64,000 nt of DNA from Flavobacteriaceae bacterium (GCA_029238515.1 JAQWFW010000019.1:12717-76716), one strand, 5' to 3'; numbered from the stretch's first letter, positions 19,597-28,944 are shown. Notes: a model not told the origin generated them from the letters alone. Numbers and translations are program-made.

Positions 19597-20213
19597 TGAC
19601 TATGAATATAGAAGAAATCAATAGAAAATTAGCTCATAAATTGCCTCATGAAATCATCAAATGGGCTTTGAGTATAGCTCAAAAACCTGTGCTGACGACC
19701 AATTTTAGGCCATATGAGGGTGCAATTTTATATGCTGTATCCAAACAAAAAAAAGACATCCCTGTTGTATGGTGTGATACAGGGTACAATACTCCCAATA
19801 CCTACAAACACGCGGAAGAATTAACTGAAAAGCTACAACTTAATATTAAGTTATATGTGCCAAAACAAACCGTTGCTCACAGGAATTCGGTTTTAGGAAT
19901 ACCATCAATAGACGACCCGAAGCACAAGATTTTTACAGAGCAAGTCAAATTAGAGCCCTTCAAGCGTGCTATGGCTGAACACCAGCCAGATGTTTGGTTT
20001 ACAAATTTGCGCAAAGGACAAACAGCATTTAGAAATAGTATAGACGTAGTCTCCAAAGGAGCTGATGGCATCATCAAAGTCAGTCCATTTTATCACTACT
20101 CCGACAGCGATTTAGACACATATCTAACTGCCAATAATATACCAAACGAGTTTAAATATTTTGACCCCACTAAGCAGTTGGAGAATAGAGAATGTGGTTT
20201 ACATCTAAAATGA
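19596..20213 (+). CDS. cysH: Phosphoadenosine-phosphosulfate (PAPS)-type sulfate-ester reductase
   Basis: PAPS_reduct family with C-terminal ECGLH. The only other Cys is in VVWCDTG, so no Fe-S Cys cluster is evident. The track start is 19584; I prefer the ATG at 19596 that overlaps the upstream stop. Confidence 0.85.
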   Translation: MTMNIEEINRKLAHKLPHEIIKWALSIAQKPVLTTNFRPYEGAILYAVSKQKKDIPVVWCDTGYNTPNTYKHAEELTEKLQLNIKLYVPKQTVAHRNSVLGIPSIDDPKHKIFTEQVKLEPFKRAMAEHQPDVWFTNLRKGQTAFRNSIDVVSKGADGIIKVSPFYHYSDSDLDTYLTANNIPNEFKYFDPTKQLENRECGLHLK

Positions 20214-21127
20214 ATTTAACAATGAATGTCGATACCTCAACAATAAATCCATTAGAAAACGAAGCTATTTATATATTTAGAGAAGTAGCAGCACAATTTG
20301 AAAATCCTGTGTTGTTGTTTTCAGGTGGTAAGGACTCCATAACCTTAGTAAGATTGGCACAAAAAGCATTTTATCCAGCCAAAATCCCTTTCCCTTTGAT
20401 GCATATAGACACAGGGCATAATTTTCCTGAAACTATAGAATTTAGAGACCGCCTGGTTCAAGAGTTAGGGCTGAATTTAATTGTCCGAAATGTTCAAGAA
20501 TCTATAGACCAAGGAAAAGTAACAGAAGAGTCAGGGAAATATGCGAGCAGAAATAGGTTACAAACAACAACTCTACTAGATGCAATAGATGAATTTAAAT
20601 TTGATGCATGTATTGGAGGCGCAAGACGAGATGAAGAAAAAGCGCGTGCCAAAGAACGTATTTTCTCTGTTCGTGATGATTTTGGACAATGGGACGAAAA
20701 AAACCAACGGCCAGAACTATTCGATATGCTTAATGGTCAAATAGAGTTAGGGCAAAATGTAAGAGTCTTTCCAATTTCTAATTGGACAGAATTAGACGTA
20801 TGGTCTTATATAGAAAAAGAAAACATAGAAATTCCATCAATTTATTTTGCACATACAAGAGCAACATTTTTAAGAGACGGATTGATTTGGTCTGCAAATG
20901 ACGATGTCGTTTATAGAGAAGACGACGAAACCGTAGAGGATCGTTTAGTACGTTTTAGAACAGTTGGCGATATGAGCTGTACCGCTGCGGTGCTTTCCAG
21001 CGCATCGGACATAGCAACAGTTGTTGAAGAAATTAGAGCTTCAACACTATCTGAACGTGGTGCAAGAATAGACGACAAGCGCTCGGAAGCAGCAATGGAG
21101 AAACGAAAACAACAGGGTTATTTTTAA
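20210..21127 (+). CDS. cysD: Sulfate adenylyltransferase subunit 2
   Basis: PP-loop motif LLFSGGKDS, and the C-terminus RASTLSERGARIDD..SEAAMEKRKQQGYF is typical of CysD. The track start is 20192; the ATG at 20210 forms an ATGA overlap with the cysH stop. Confidence 0.9.
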   Translation: MNLTMNVDTSTINPLENEAIYIFREVAAQFENPVLLFSGGKDSITLVRLAQKAFYPAKIPFPLMHIDTGHNFPETIEFRDRLVQELGLNLIVRNVQESIDQGKVTEESGKYASRNRLQTTTLLDAIDEFKFDACIGGARRDEEKARAKERIFSVRDDFGQWDEKNQRPELFDMLNGQIELGQNVRVFPISNWTELDVWSYIEKENIEIPSIYFAHTRATFLRDGLIWSANDDVVYREDDETVEDRLVRFRTVGDMSCTAAVLSSASDIATVVEEIRASTLSERGARIDDKRSEAAMEKRKQQGYF

Positions 21128-21137
21128 AAAGAAAAAA

Positions 21138-22385
21138 ATGGAAGTATTAAAAATTGCAACAGCAGGAAGTGTAGATGACGGTAAAAGTACTTTAATCGGA
21201 AGAATCCTGTACGACACAAAATCGTTGACTTCAGACAAAATAGAAGCCATTGAAAAAACCAGTCAACAAAAGGGGTACGACTATTTAGATTTTTCCCTAG
21301 CCACTGATGGTTTAGTAGCAGAAAGAGAACAAGGCATTACCATAGATGTAGCACATATATATTTTTCAACACAAAAGAAAAGTTACATTATCGCAGATAC
21401 GCCAGGCCATGTAGAATACACAAGAAATATGGTTACTGGAGCATCAACTTCACAGGTTGCAATTATTCTCATTGATGCACGAAAAGGCGTTGTAGATCAA
21501 ACATATCGTCACTTTTTTATTAGTAATCTTTTGCGTGTAAAAGACATAATTGTAGCCATCAATAAAATGGATTTAGTAGATTTTTCTGAAGAAAAATACA
21601 ATGCCATTAAATTAGATTTCGAAGCGCTGATGCAAAAACGCGATTACAAGGATCAAAACATAACATTTATCCCTGTTAGCGCTCTAAAAGGAGATAACGT
21701 AGTACAGAAATCTGAGCAAACACCTTGGTACACTGGGCAAACACTTTTGGAGCATTTGGAAAACTTGAATAAGGAGGATGTTTACAATGAAGGTACGCCT
21801 AGATTTCCTGTTCAGTATGTAGTAAGACCTAAGACCGACGAATTCCATGATTTCAGAGGTTATGCTGGAAAAGTATATGGAGGGCAACTGAGCGTTGGCG
21901 ATGAGGTTGTTGCCTTACCCTCCAAAACCAAGTCTAAAATTAAAGACATTTATTTTTATGATGAAAAGTATCAAACAGCCTCCAGACGCACCTCAGTGAC
22001 CATCACATTAGAAGATGAGATCAATGTCAGCAGAGGAGATATGCTCGTAAAAGCTAATGATTTACCTAAGATAGAAAAACAATTTACGGCCACTATTTCA
22101 TGGATGGATTCTGAAAATCTACAAACTGGAAGTAAGTATTTATTACAGCATGGGGTGCACAAAGTTTTGGCAAAAGTTGATCAAATTCACCATAAAATAA
22201 ATCCTGATTACTCAGGAAATGACACAGAGGTAAATGCTTTGGAAATGAACGATATTGCTTTGGTTTCTTTCAAACTAAATAAACCAATTTATTTAGATGA
22301 ATTTAAAAAGCACCGTACCAACGGCTCGTTTATTTTAATCGATACTCAATCCAATAATACCGCAGGCGTCGGATTTATTCAATAA
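21138..22385 (+). CDS. cysN: Sulfate adenylyltransferase subunit 1 (GTPase), without a fused APS-kinase domain
   Basis: 415 aa. G1 GSVDDGKST, G3 DTPGH, G4 NKMD. The protein ends after the EF-Tu-like beta-barrel domains. Confidence 0.9.
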   Translation: MEVLKIATAGSVDDGKSTLIGRILYDTKSLTSDKIEAIEKTSQQKGYDYLDFSLATDGLVAEREQGITIDVAHIYFSTQKKSYIIADTPGHVEYTRNMVTGASTSQVAIILIDARKGVVDQTYRHFFISNLLRVKDIIVAINKMDLVDFSEEKYNAIKLDFEALMQKRDYKDQNITFIPVSALKGDNVVQKSEQTPWYTGQTLLEHLENLNKEDVYNEGTPRFPVQYVVRPKTDEFHDFRGYAGKVYGGQLSVGDEVVALPSKTKSKIKDIYFYDEKYQTASRRTSVTITLEDEINVSRGDMLVKANDLPKIEKQFTATISWMDSENLQTGSKYLLQHGVHKVLAKVDQIHHKINPDYSGNDTEVNALEMNDIALVSFKLNKPIYLDEFKKHRTNGSFILIDTQSNNTAGVGFIQ

Positions 22386-22388
22386 AAT

Positions 22389-22736
22389 ATGGCAATAATA
22401 ATAACAGATGAATGTATAAATTGTGGCGCATGTGAATCAGAATGCCCAAACACTGCTATTTATGAGGGCGCTGAACATTGGCAATACAGAAATGGAACAT
22501 CTTTGGCTGGAAATATCACCTTGCCAAATGGTAAGGATGTTGATGCAGATGAAGATCAAGAGCCAGTCTCAGATGAATTTTACTTTATAGTCCCAGATAA
22601 ATGTACTGAATGCAAGGGATTTCATGAAGAACCACAATGTGCTGCCGTATGCCCAGTAGATTGTTGTGTTCCTGACGACAATCATATAGAAACAGAAGAA
22701 GCGTTGTTAGAAAAGCAACAATTTTTGCATCAATAG
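22389..22736 (+). CDS. 2x[4Fe-4S]-type ferredoxin with an acidic insert
   Basis: 115 aa. [12 protein letters not shown], and [19 protein letters not shown] ~45-aa D/E-rich insertion separates the two motifs. Confidence 0.85.
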   Translation: MAIIITDECINCGACESECPNTAIYEGAEHWQYRNGTSLAGNITLPNGKDVDADEDQEPVSDEFYFIVPDKCTECKGFHEEPQCAAVCPVDCCVPDDNHIETEEALLEKQQFLHQ

Positions 22737-22805
22737 GCACCTACAATCCCATTAATTTTTACTCAAAAAATAAAGAAGAAGACCGAGTAACTTCAATAAA
22801 AAATT

Positions 22806-24902
22806 ATGCAAAGTTTTAGAACCGAAATAGAAAACCCTGTTGTTGAACAAGACATTATAGAATTAGCAAAGAAAATTGAGCTATTCAAAAAAGGGAAAGT
22901 AGATGAAGAAAAATTTAGAAGTCTTCGTCTAGCACGAGGTGTTTATGGACAAAGACAACCAGGCGTGCAAATGATTCGTATCAAACTACCATTTGGTAAA
23001 GTTTTAAGTAATCAGTTGCATAGAATTGCAGACGTATCAGATGAATATTCTCGTGGGCGGCTACATATTACCACACGTCAGGATATCCAAATTCATTATG
23101 TAGATTTAGAACGAACCCCAGAACTATGGGCAGAGCTCGAGCGGGATGATGTAACACTCAGAGAAGCCTGTGGGAATACCGTCCGTAATGTAACAGCAAG
23201 TGAAACAGTTGGAATAGACATCAATGAACCTTTTGATGTATCGCCTTATGCTGATGCGGTGTTTCGCTTTTTTCTGCGTAATCCAATTTGTCAAGAAATG
23301 GGACGAAAGTTCAAAGTTTCTTTTTCTGCAACAGATGATGATACAGGATTATCATACATCCACGACCTGGGTTTTATTGCCAAAATAGAAAATGGAATTA
23401 GAGGATTTAAAGTACTTCTGGGTGGGGGGCTAGGATCTCAACCACGTCATGCAGATGTTATGTATGATTTTTTGGCTTCAGACAAAATTATTCCACTAAT
23501 GGAAGGAGTTTTAAGAATTTTTGATCGTCATGGAGAACGAAAAAGCCGCGCCAAAGCACGTATGAAATTCTTAATAAAAGATATTGGATTAGAAGCATTC
23601 AAAAAATTGGTTCAAGAAGAGCAAAATGCCATTGAGTTCAAATCAGTACCTATTGAGTTCAATGAATTTACAGTATCAAAACCTGTAAAAGTAAAAGCGC
23701 CTAAAATCGAGTTAAAGGACACTGCTGCATATGATTTATGGAAGTCAACGAACCTTATTCCTCAAAAACAAGAAGGTTATTTTGCAATAGGCATAAAAGT
23801 GCTATTGGGTGATTTTTACACTGATAAAGCCAGATTATTAGCCGATTTAGTACAAAACTACGCTGCAGGTGAAATTCGATTGACTTTACGCCAAAATATT
23901 CTAATTCCTTTTGTTAGAGAGGATTTATTGCCATTTTTCTATCAAGAATTGCAAAAATTAGGATTTGCAGAAATTGGATATAACAAAGCTTTAGACATTA
24001 CGGCATGTCCTGGAACAGACACTTGTAATTTAGGAATTTCAAGCAGTACAGGAATTGCCAAGGAATTAGAGCGTGTCATAAAAGCTGAGTACCCTCAGTA
24101 CATAGACAACAAAGATTTAGTCATCAAAATTAGTGGTTGTATGAATGCTTGTGGGCAACACAATATGGCCAATATTGGTTTTCAAGGCATGTCAATTCGA
24201 ACACCAGAAAAACTAGTTGCCCCAGCGCTCCAAGTGCTATTAGGAGGAGGAAATAAAGGAAATGGTCAAGGGGTATTTGCAGACAAGGTTGTAAAAATAC
24301 CAAGCAAAAGAGGACCAGAAGCTTTACGCCGAATCCTGAACGATTTTGAGAAGAATGGCAAAGGAATATCTTTTTTTGAATACTATGCGCAGCAAGGAGA
24401 AAAATACTTCTATCAACTCTTAACCGATTTATCAGACATAACAAACCTAACTCAAGACGACTTTATCGATTGGGGAACAAATGAAAAATACATCAAAGCA
24501 ATCGGAATAGGCGAATGTGCCGGTGTGGTAATAGATTTGATAGCCACCTTATTTTTAGAAAGTGAAGAAAAAATAGATTTAGCCAAAAATGCTTTAAACC
24601 ATAAGGTGTATTCCAATGCAGTCTACTTTGCATACAGTTCGATGGTCAATTCTGCCAAAGCGTTGTTGTTGTCAGAAAACATCAAGACCAATACCCAATC
24701 ATCAATTATTAGTCAGTTTGATGAAGATTTTGTTCAAAACAATAAAATTAAGTTAGAAACTTCTTTTTCAGAGCTAATCTATCAAATTAGAGAATACGCT
24801 CCATCAGCATCATTTTCGGAAGCATACATACACAATGCAGTATCATTTTTGAACGTAGTCAGGGCCTATAGAGAACAACAACAAAAGCTGGTAAAACTTT
24901 AA
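22806..24902 (+). CDS. sir: Assimilatory sulfite reductase hemoprotein, ferredoxin-type, with a ~150-aa C-terminal helical extension
   Basis: 698 aa. Duplicated NIR_SIR and ferredoxin-like halves. Siroheme/[4Fe-4S] Cys motifs ACPGTDTCNLG and SGCMNACGQH. About 249 residues follow the last ligand Cys. Confidence 0.85.
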   Translation: MQSFRTEIENPVVEQDIIELAKKIELFKKGKVDEEKFRSLRLARGVYGQRQPGVQMIRIKLPFGKVLSNQLHRIADVSDEYSRGRLHITTRQDIQIHYVDLERTPELWAELERDDVTLREACGNTVRNVTASETVGIDINEPFDVSPYADAVFRFFLRNPICQEMGRKFKVSFSATDDDTGLSYIHDLGFIAKIENGIRGFKVLLGGGLGSQPRHADVMYDFLASDKIIPLMEGVLRIFDRHGERKSRAKARMKFLIKDIGLEAFKKLVQEEQNAIEFKSVPIEFNEFTVSKPVKVKAPKIELKDTAAYDLWKSTNLIPQKQEGYFAIGIKVLLGDFYTDKARLLADLVQNYAAGEIRLTLRQNILIPFVREDLLPFFYQELQKLGFAEIGYNKALDITACPGTDTCNLGISSSTGIAKELERVIKAEYPQYIDNKDLVIKISGCMNACGQHNMANIGFQGMSIRTPEKLVAPALQVLLGGGNKGNGQGVFADKVVKIPSKRGPEALRRILNDFEKNGKGISFFEYYAQQGEKYFYQLLTDLSDITNLTQDDFIDWGTNEKYIKAIGIGECAGVVIDLIATLFLESEEKIDLAKNALNHKVYSNAVYFAYSSMVNSAKALLLSENIKTNTQSSIISQFDEDFVQNNKIKLETSFSELIYQIREYAPSASFSEAYIHNAVSFLNVVRAYREQQQKLVKL

Positions 24903-24913
24903 CAGAGAGTAGT

Positions 24914-25675
24914 ATGAAAACACCAAAACTTACTGTTGTAGGAGCAGGACCAGGCGATATAGACTTAATAACAATTAAAGCCATAAAAGCCATAGAATCA
25001 GCCGATGTCATTTTATATGACTCATTAATCAACACAGATTTATTGACCCATGCGTCGCCTTTAGCAGAATTAATTTTTGTTGGCAAAAGGAAGGGTTGCT
25101 ATACTTACCAGCAAGATCAAATTAATGAATTGATTGTCGCTCGTGCAAATAGTAAAGGAAGTGTGTTGAGACTCAAAGGAGGAGATCCATTTGTTTTTGG
25201 GCGAGGTGCCGAAGAGATAGACTATGCTAGAAATTTTGGATTAGAAACAGAAGTCGTGCCAGGAATATCATCTGCAATAGCTGTTCCAGCTTATCAGGGA
25301 ATCCCACTCACCAAAAGAGATGTTTCAGAGAGTTTTTGGGTCATAACAGGAACAACAAAAGCGCATAAAATTTCTAATGATATTCCATTAGCAGCACAAT
25401 CTACAGCAACACTAGTGATTTTAATGGGAATGTCTAAACTTAAAGAAATCACGAATATATTTTTAGCTCATGGAAAAGAAAATACACCTGTAGCAATTAT
25501 TCAAAATGGTACAACACCGCATGAAAAAATTGGCATTGGAACAGTCGGAACCATTTGCAATATTGTTGAACAAAAAGGGTTGTCGAACCCAGCAATTATC
25601 GTCATTGGAGAAGTCGTAGAAAAAAGGGTAGAGTTATCGTCAATTTATAATCAAGTAAGTGCTTTAGCTGTTTAA
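24914..25675 (+). CDS. cobA: Uroporphyrinogen-III C-methyltransferase
   Basis: 253 aa. Tetrapyrrole methylase motifs VVGAGPGDIDLIT and LKGGDPFVFGRG. Confidence 0.9.
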   Translation: MKTPKLTVVGAGPGDIDLITIKAIKAIESADVILYDSLINTDLLTHASPLAELIFVGKRKGCYTYQQDQINELIVARANSKGSVLRLKGGDPFVFGRGAEEIDYARNFGLETEVVPGISSAIAVPAYQGIPLTKRDVSESFWVITGTTKAHKISNDIPLAAQSTATLVILMGMSKLKEITNIFLAHGKENTPVAIIQNGTTPHEKIGIGTVGTICNIVEQKGLSNPAIIVIGEVVEKRVELSSIYNQVSALAV

Positions 25676-25677
25676 TT

Positions 25678-26253
25678 ATGGAAAGAAATAATTTATATCC
25701 TATTTTTTTAAAAACGCAACAATTAGAAATTCTAATTATTGGAGGCGGGTATGTAGCTGAAGAAAAATTAACTTTTTTATTAAAATCTAGTCCTGACGCT
25801 AAAGTCACTATGGTAGCCCCAATGTATAGAGAAGGGACGGTTGCTTTGGCCAAAAAAGGCAATGTAATTTTGATAGAGGACAAATACAATATTGCGTATT
25901 TAAAGGGTAAGCACATCGTTATTGCTACAACCGACAAGCCAAATGTGAATTTAAAAATTTATGAGGATTGTAGATTGGAACAAAAGTTAGTTAATGTTGC
26001 CGACAACCCCCCTTTGTGTGATTTTTATATGGGCGGAATTGTGACAAAAGGCAACGTAAAAATTGCTATTTCTACAAATGGAAAATCTCCAACAACTGCA
26101 AAAAGGTTGCGCCAGTTTTTCGAAGAAGTAATACCAGAGGATATCAATAAACTCGTATCTAATTTAAATATATTTAGAAAAACAATAAAAGGAGATTTTG
26201 AAGAAAAAGTAAACACTCTAAACAAAATAACGGAAACTTTAATAAATAATTAA
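25678..26253 (+). CDS. Precorrin-2 dehydrogenase / sirohydrochlorin ferrochelatase (siroheme synthase N-terminal type)
   Basis: 191 aa. Rossmann motif ILIIGGGYVAEEK. Size and position next to cobA match SirC/Met8-type proteins. Confidence 0.8.
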   Translation: MERNNLYPIFLKTQQLEILIIGGGYVAEEKLTFLLKSSPDAKVTMVAPMYREGTVALAKKGNVILIEDKYNIAYLKGKHIVIATTDKPNVNLKIYEDCRLEQKLVNVADNPPLCDFYMGGIVTKGNVKIAISTNGKSPTTAKRLRQFFEEVIPEDINKLVSNLNIFRKTIKGDFEEKVNTLNKITETLINN

Positions 26254-26254
26254 A

Positions 26255-27304
26255 ATGATAAAAACAGATATTCTAATCATTGGTGCTGGGCCTACTGGTT
26301 TATTTACAGTATTTGAAGCGGGTCTATTAAAATTAAAATGCCATTTGATCGATGCGTTAGCACAGCCAGGCGGTCAGTGTAGCGAAATATATCCCAAAAA
26401 ACCAATATATGATATCCCTGGATTCCCTGAAATTCTAGCAGGTGATTTAACCAAAAACTTGCTCGAGCAAGGCAAACAATTTGAACCTGGATTTACACTT
26501 GGAGAACGTGCAGAAACTATAGATAAACTAGAAGATGGTAGTTTTATAGTTACTACAAACAAAGGGACAAAACACCATGCACCAATTGTAGCAATTGCTG
26601 GCGGGTTGGGTTCATTTGAACCCAGAAAACCTATGATCGACAACATAGATACATATGAAGACAATGGTGTTGCATATATCATTAAAGATCCCGAAGTCTA
26701 CAGAAATAAAAGAGTAGTCATTGCTGGAGGTGGAGATTCTGCATTGGATTGGAGCATCTTTTTGGCTGATATTGCTTCAGAGGTTACACTCATCCATCGC
26801 CGAAATGAATTCAGAGGTGCTTTAGATTCTGTTGAGAAAGTAAGAGAATTAAAGCTTTTAAATAAAATAAATCTAATTACGCCAGCCGAGGTAACTGCAT
26901 TGCATGGAAAAGATAAATTGGAAGCAATTACAGTAACCATTGATGGACAAGAGCAAGTTTTAGAAACCGATCATTTCATCCCTCTTTTTGGCTTATCACC
27001 AAAATTAGGGCCAATTGCCAATTGGGGTCTAGATATAGAAAAAAATGCCATAAAAGTAGATACACTAGACTACCAAACCAATATTCCGGGTGTTTTCGCA
27101 ATAGGAGACGTCAATACTTACCAAGGAAAACTAAAACTGATTCTTTGTGGTTTTCACGAAGCCACTCTAATGTGTCAATCCGCCTACAAAATAATTAATC
27201 CTGGAAAAAGATATGTGCTAAAATACACCACTGTAAGTGGAATAGATGGTTTCGATGGTAGTCGTAAAGAAGCCCCAAAAGCAGTTGTACAATCTATAAA
27301 CTAA
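26255..27304 (+). CDS. Thioredoxin-reductase-like ferredoxin-NADP(+) reductase
   Basis: 349 aa. FAD motif ILIIGAGPTGL, NADPH motif VIAGGGDSALD, no CxxC redox pair. This is the YumC/Chlorobium FNR architecture. Confidence 0.8.
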   Translation: MIKTDILIIGAGPTGLFTVFEAGLLKLKCHLIDALAQPGGQCSEIYPKKPIYDIPGFPEILAGDLTKNLLEQGKQFEPGFTLGERAETIDKLEDGSFIVTTNKGTKHHAPIVAIAGGLGSFEPRKPMIDNIDTYEDNGVAYIIKDPEVYRNKRVVIAGGGDSALDWSIFLADIASEVTLIHRRNEFRGALDSVEKVRELKLLNKINLITPAEVTALHGKDKLEAITVTIDGQEQVLETDHFIPLFGLSPKLGPIANWGLDIEKNAIKVDTLDYQTNIPGVFAIGDVNTYQGKLKLILCGFHEATLMCQSAYKIINPGKRYVLKYTTVSGIDGFDGSRKEAPKAVVQSIN

Positions 27305-27311
27305 ATCAACT

Positions 27312-27632
27312 ATGTCAGATATAAATTTAAAAATTAAAGATCGAGAAGGCGTAATACATCAAGTTGTTGCCCCTACCGATATGGCCATGAACATCATGGA
27401 AATATGTAAGGCCTATGAATTACCTGTTGAAGGAACCTGTGGCGGTATGGCCATGTGTGCCTCATGTCAATGCTATATATTATCAAAAACAGACCTTCCT
27501 GAAAAAAACGAAGATGAAGAAGCTATGCTAAGCGAAGCATTCTTTGTACAAGACAACAGTAGATTAGGATGTCAAATAGCAATTACAGAACAACTAGAAG
27601 GACTAGAAATTGAGCTTGCTCCAGAATATTAA
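27312..27632 (+). CDS. [2Fe-2S] ferredoxin, adrenodoxin/putidaredoxin type
   Basis: 106 aa. CGGMAMCASCQC ... LGCQI gives the C-x5-C-x2-C ... C ligand pattern. Confidence 0.85.
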   Translation: MSDINLKIKDREGVIHQVVAPTDMAMNIMEICKAYELPVEGTCGGMAMCASCQCYILSKTDLPEKNEDEEAMLSEAFFVQDNSRLGCQIAITEQLEGLEIELAPEY

Positions 27633-27760
27633 GTAATATTCAATTTGTGATTCAGGAACCGTTTCAAATACTCAAAATTTATTTGAATAAATTCTATTTA
27701 AAAGTTAGTGAAAATAAAAATTTATTCCTTTAATTTGTTGTGTTCATTTATTTATTGATT

Positions 27761-27881
27761 GTTATCACGAAAGGCCGAGGGAATAGACCCTATGAAGCCT
27801 TAGCAACCCTTTACTTATTCTAAAGAAGGTGCTAAATTCTAACCTTTCTAGATTTATTTCTAGATTTTAAGGACAGATAAC
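27761..27881 (+). promoter_or_regulatory. SAM-I (S-box) riboswitch aptamer upstream of split metH-metF
   Basis: P1 strands are gttatc (27761-27766) and gataac (27876-27881). By hand alignment, 46 of its first 50 nt are identical to the aptamer at 15105. GCAACC and GGTGCTAAATTC are present. Confidence 0.9.
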
Positions 27882-27916
27882 CGCAAGTATTCTCAACGTA
27901 CTTTCCTGATGACATA

Positions 27917-27933
27917 TTGATACAATTTATCAA
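27917..27933 (+). promoter_or_regulatory. Hairpin abutting the metH start codon (possible translational expression platform)
   Basis: ttgata (27917-27922) / tatcaa (27928-27933) with loop caatt. It ends 2 nt before the ATG at 27936. Its 3' arm ttatcaaag resembles the 5' P1 strand gttatcaag. Confidence 0.3.
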
Positions 27934-27935
27934 AG

Positions 27936-28931
27936 ATGTCAAATATTAGACAATTATTAGAAAAAAGAATTTTAGTACTCGATGGTGCCATGGGTACTAT
28001 GCTCCAACAGTACAATTTTTCTGAAGAAGATTATCGTGGAGAACGGTTTAAACACTTTCCAACTTCTGTCAAAGGGAATAATGATTTACTTTCCATTACC
28101 CAGCCAGATGCCATTGCAGAAATACACGCAAAATATTTTGAAGTAGGCGCAGATATTGTAGAAACCAATACTTTTTCGGCAACAACAATAGGCATGGCAG
28201 ATTACCAGATGGAAGATTTGGTGTATGAACTCAATTATAATTCCGCAAAAATTGCAAAACAAGTCGCAGATCAATTCACAAAACAAAACCCCCAAAAACC
28301 TCGTTTTGTCGCTGGAAGTATTGGACCAACAAACAAAACAGCAAGTTTGTCTCCAGACGTAAATCGCCCAGAATACAGAGCCACATCTTTTGAAGAATTA
28401 CGAATTGCATACAAAGCACAAATAGAAGCATTAATCGATGGAGGTGTAGACCTCCTCTTAGTCGAAACTGTTTTTGACACCCTAAATGCCAAAGCTGCAT
28501 TATTTGCCATAGAGGAAGTCAAAGAAGAACGCAACATCAATATTCCCATAATGGTATCTGGAACCATCACCGATGCATCCGGGAGAACACTTTCTGGGCA
28601 AACTGTTGAAGCATTTTTAACATCAATCGCCCACGTGCCATTGCTAAGTGTAGGGTTCAATTGTGCCTTGGGCGCACAACAACTAAAACCATATTTACAG
28701 CGTTTGTCTCATGCTACAACATTTTTTACTTCTGCACATCCCAATGCAGGTTTGCCAAATGCGTTTGGTGAATATGACGAAACACCACAACAAACACAAC
28801 AATTCATTGAACCCTATTTGCAAGATGGACTTGTAAATATTATTGGCGGTTGTTGCGGTACAACTCCAGAGCACATAAAAGCCATCGCAGAGGTTGCAGA
28901 AAAATATCAACCAAGGGATTGTTTTAAATGA
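27936..28931 (+). CDS. Homocysteine S-methyltransferase domain protein (N-terminal module of a split B12-dependent methionine synthase)
   Basis: 331 aa. S-methyl_trans domain ([28 protein letters not shown] Zn-ligand region). It ends in the interdomain linker. Confidence 0.9.
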   Translation: MSNIRQLLEKRILVLDGAMGTMLQQYNFSEEDYRGERFKHFPTSVKGNNDLLSITQPDAIAEIHAKYFEVGADIVETNTFSATTIGMADYQMEDLVYELNYNSAKIAKQVADQFTKQNPQKPRFVAGSIGPTNKTASLSPDVNRPEYRATSFEELRIAYKAQIEALIDGGVDLLLVETVFDTLNAKAALFAIEEVKEERNINIPIMVSGTITDASGRTLSGQTVEAFLTSIAHVPLLSVGFNCALGAQQLKPYLQRLSHATTFFTSAHPNAGLPNAFGEYDETPQQTQQFIEPYLQDGLVNIIGGCCGTTPEHIKAIAEVAEKYQPRDCFK

Positions 28932-28944
28932 CATTTAGTAAGCA

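Noticed and set aside
27663-27687. Hairpin ttcaaata / tatttgaa after the 2Fe-2S ferredoxin gene, considered as the operon terminator
   Set aside because: The 8-bp stem is almost entirely A-T pairs (one G-C), has a 9-nt loop and lacks a following T-run. It is too weak to call, though some termination here is plausible because a riboswitch-led unit starts downstream.
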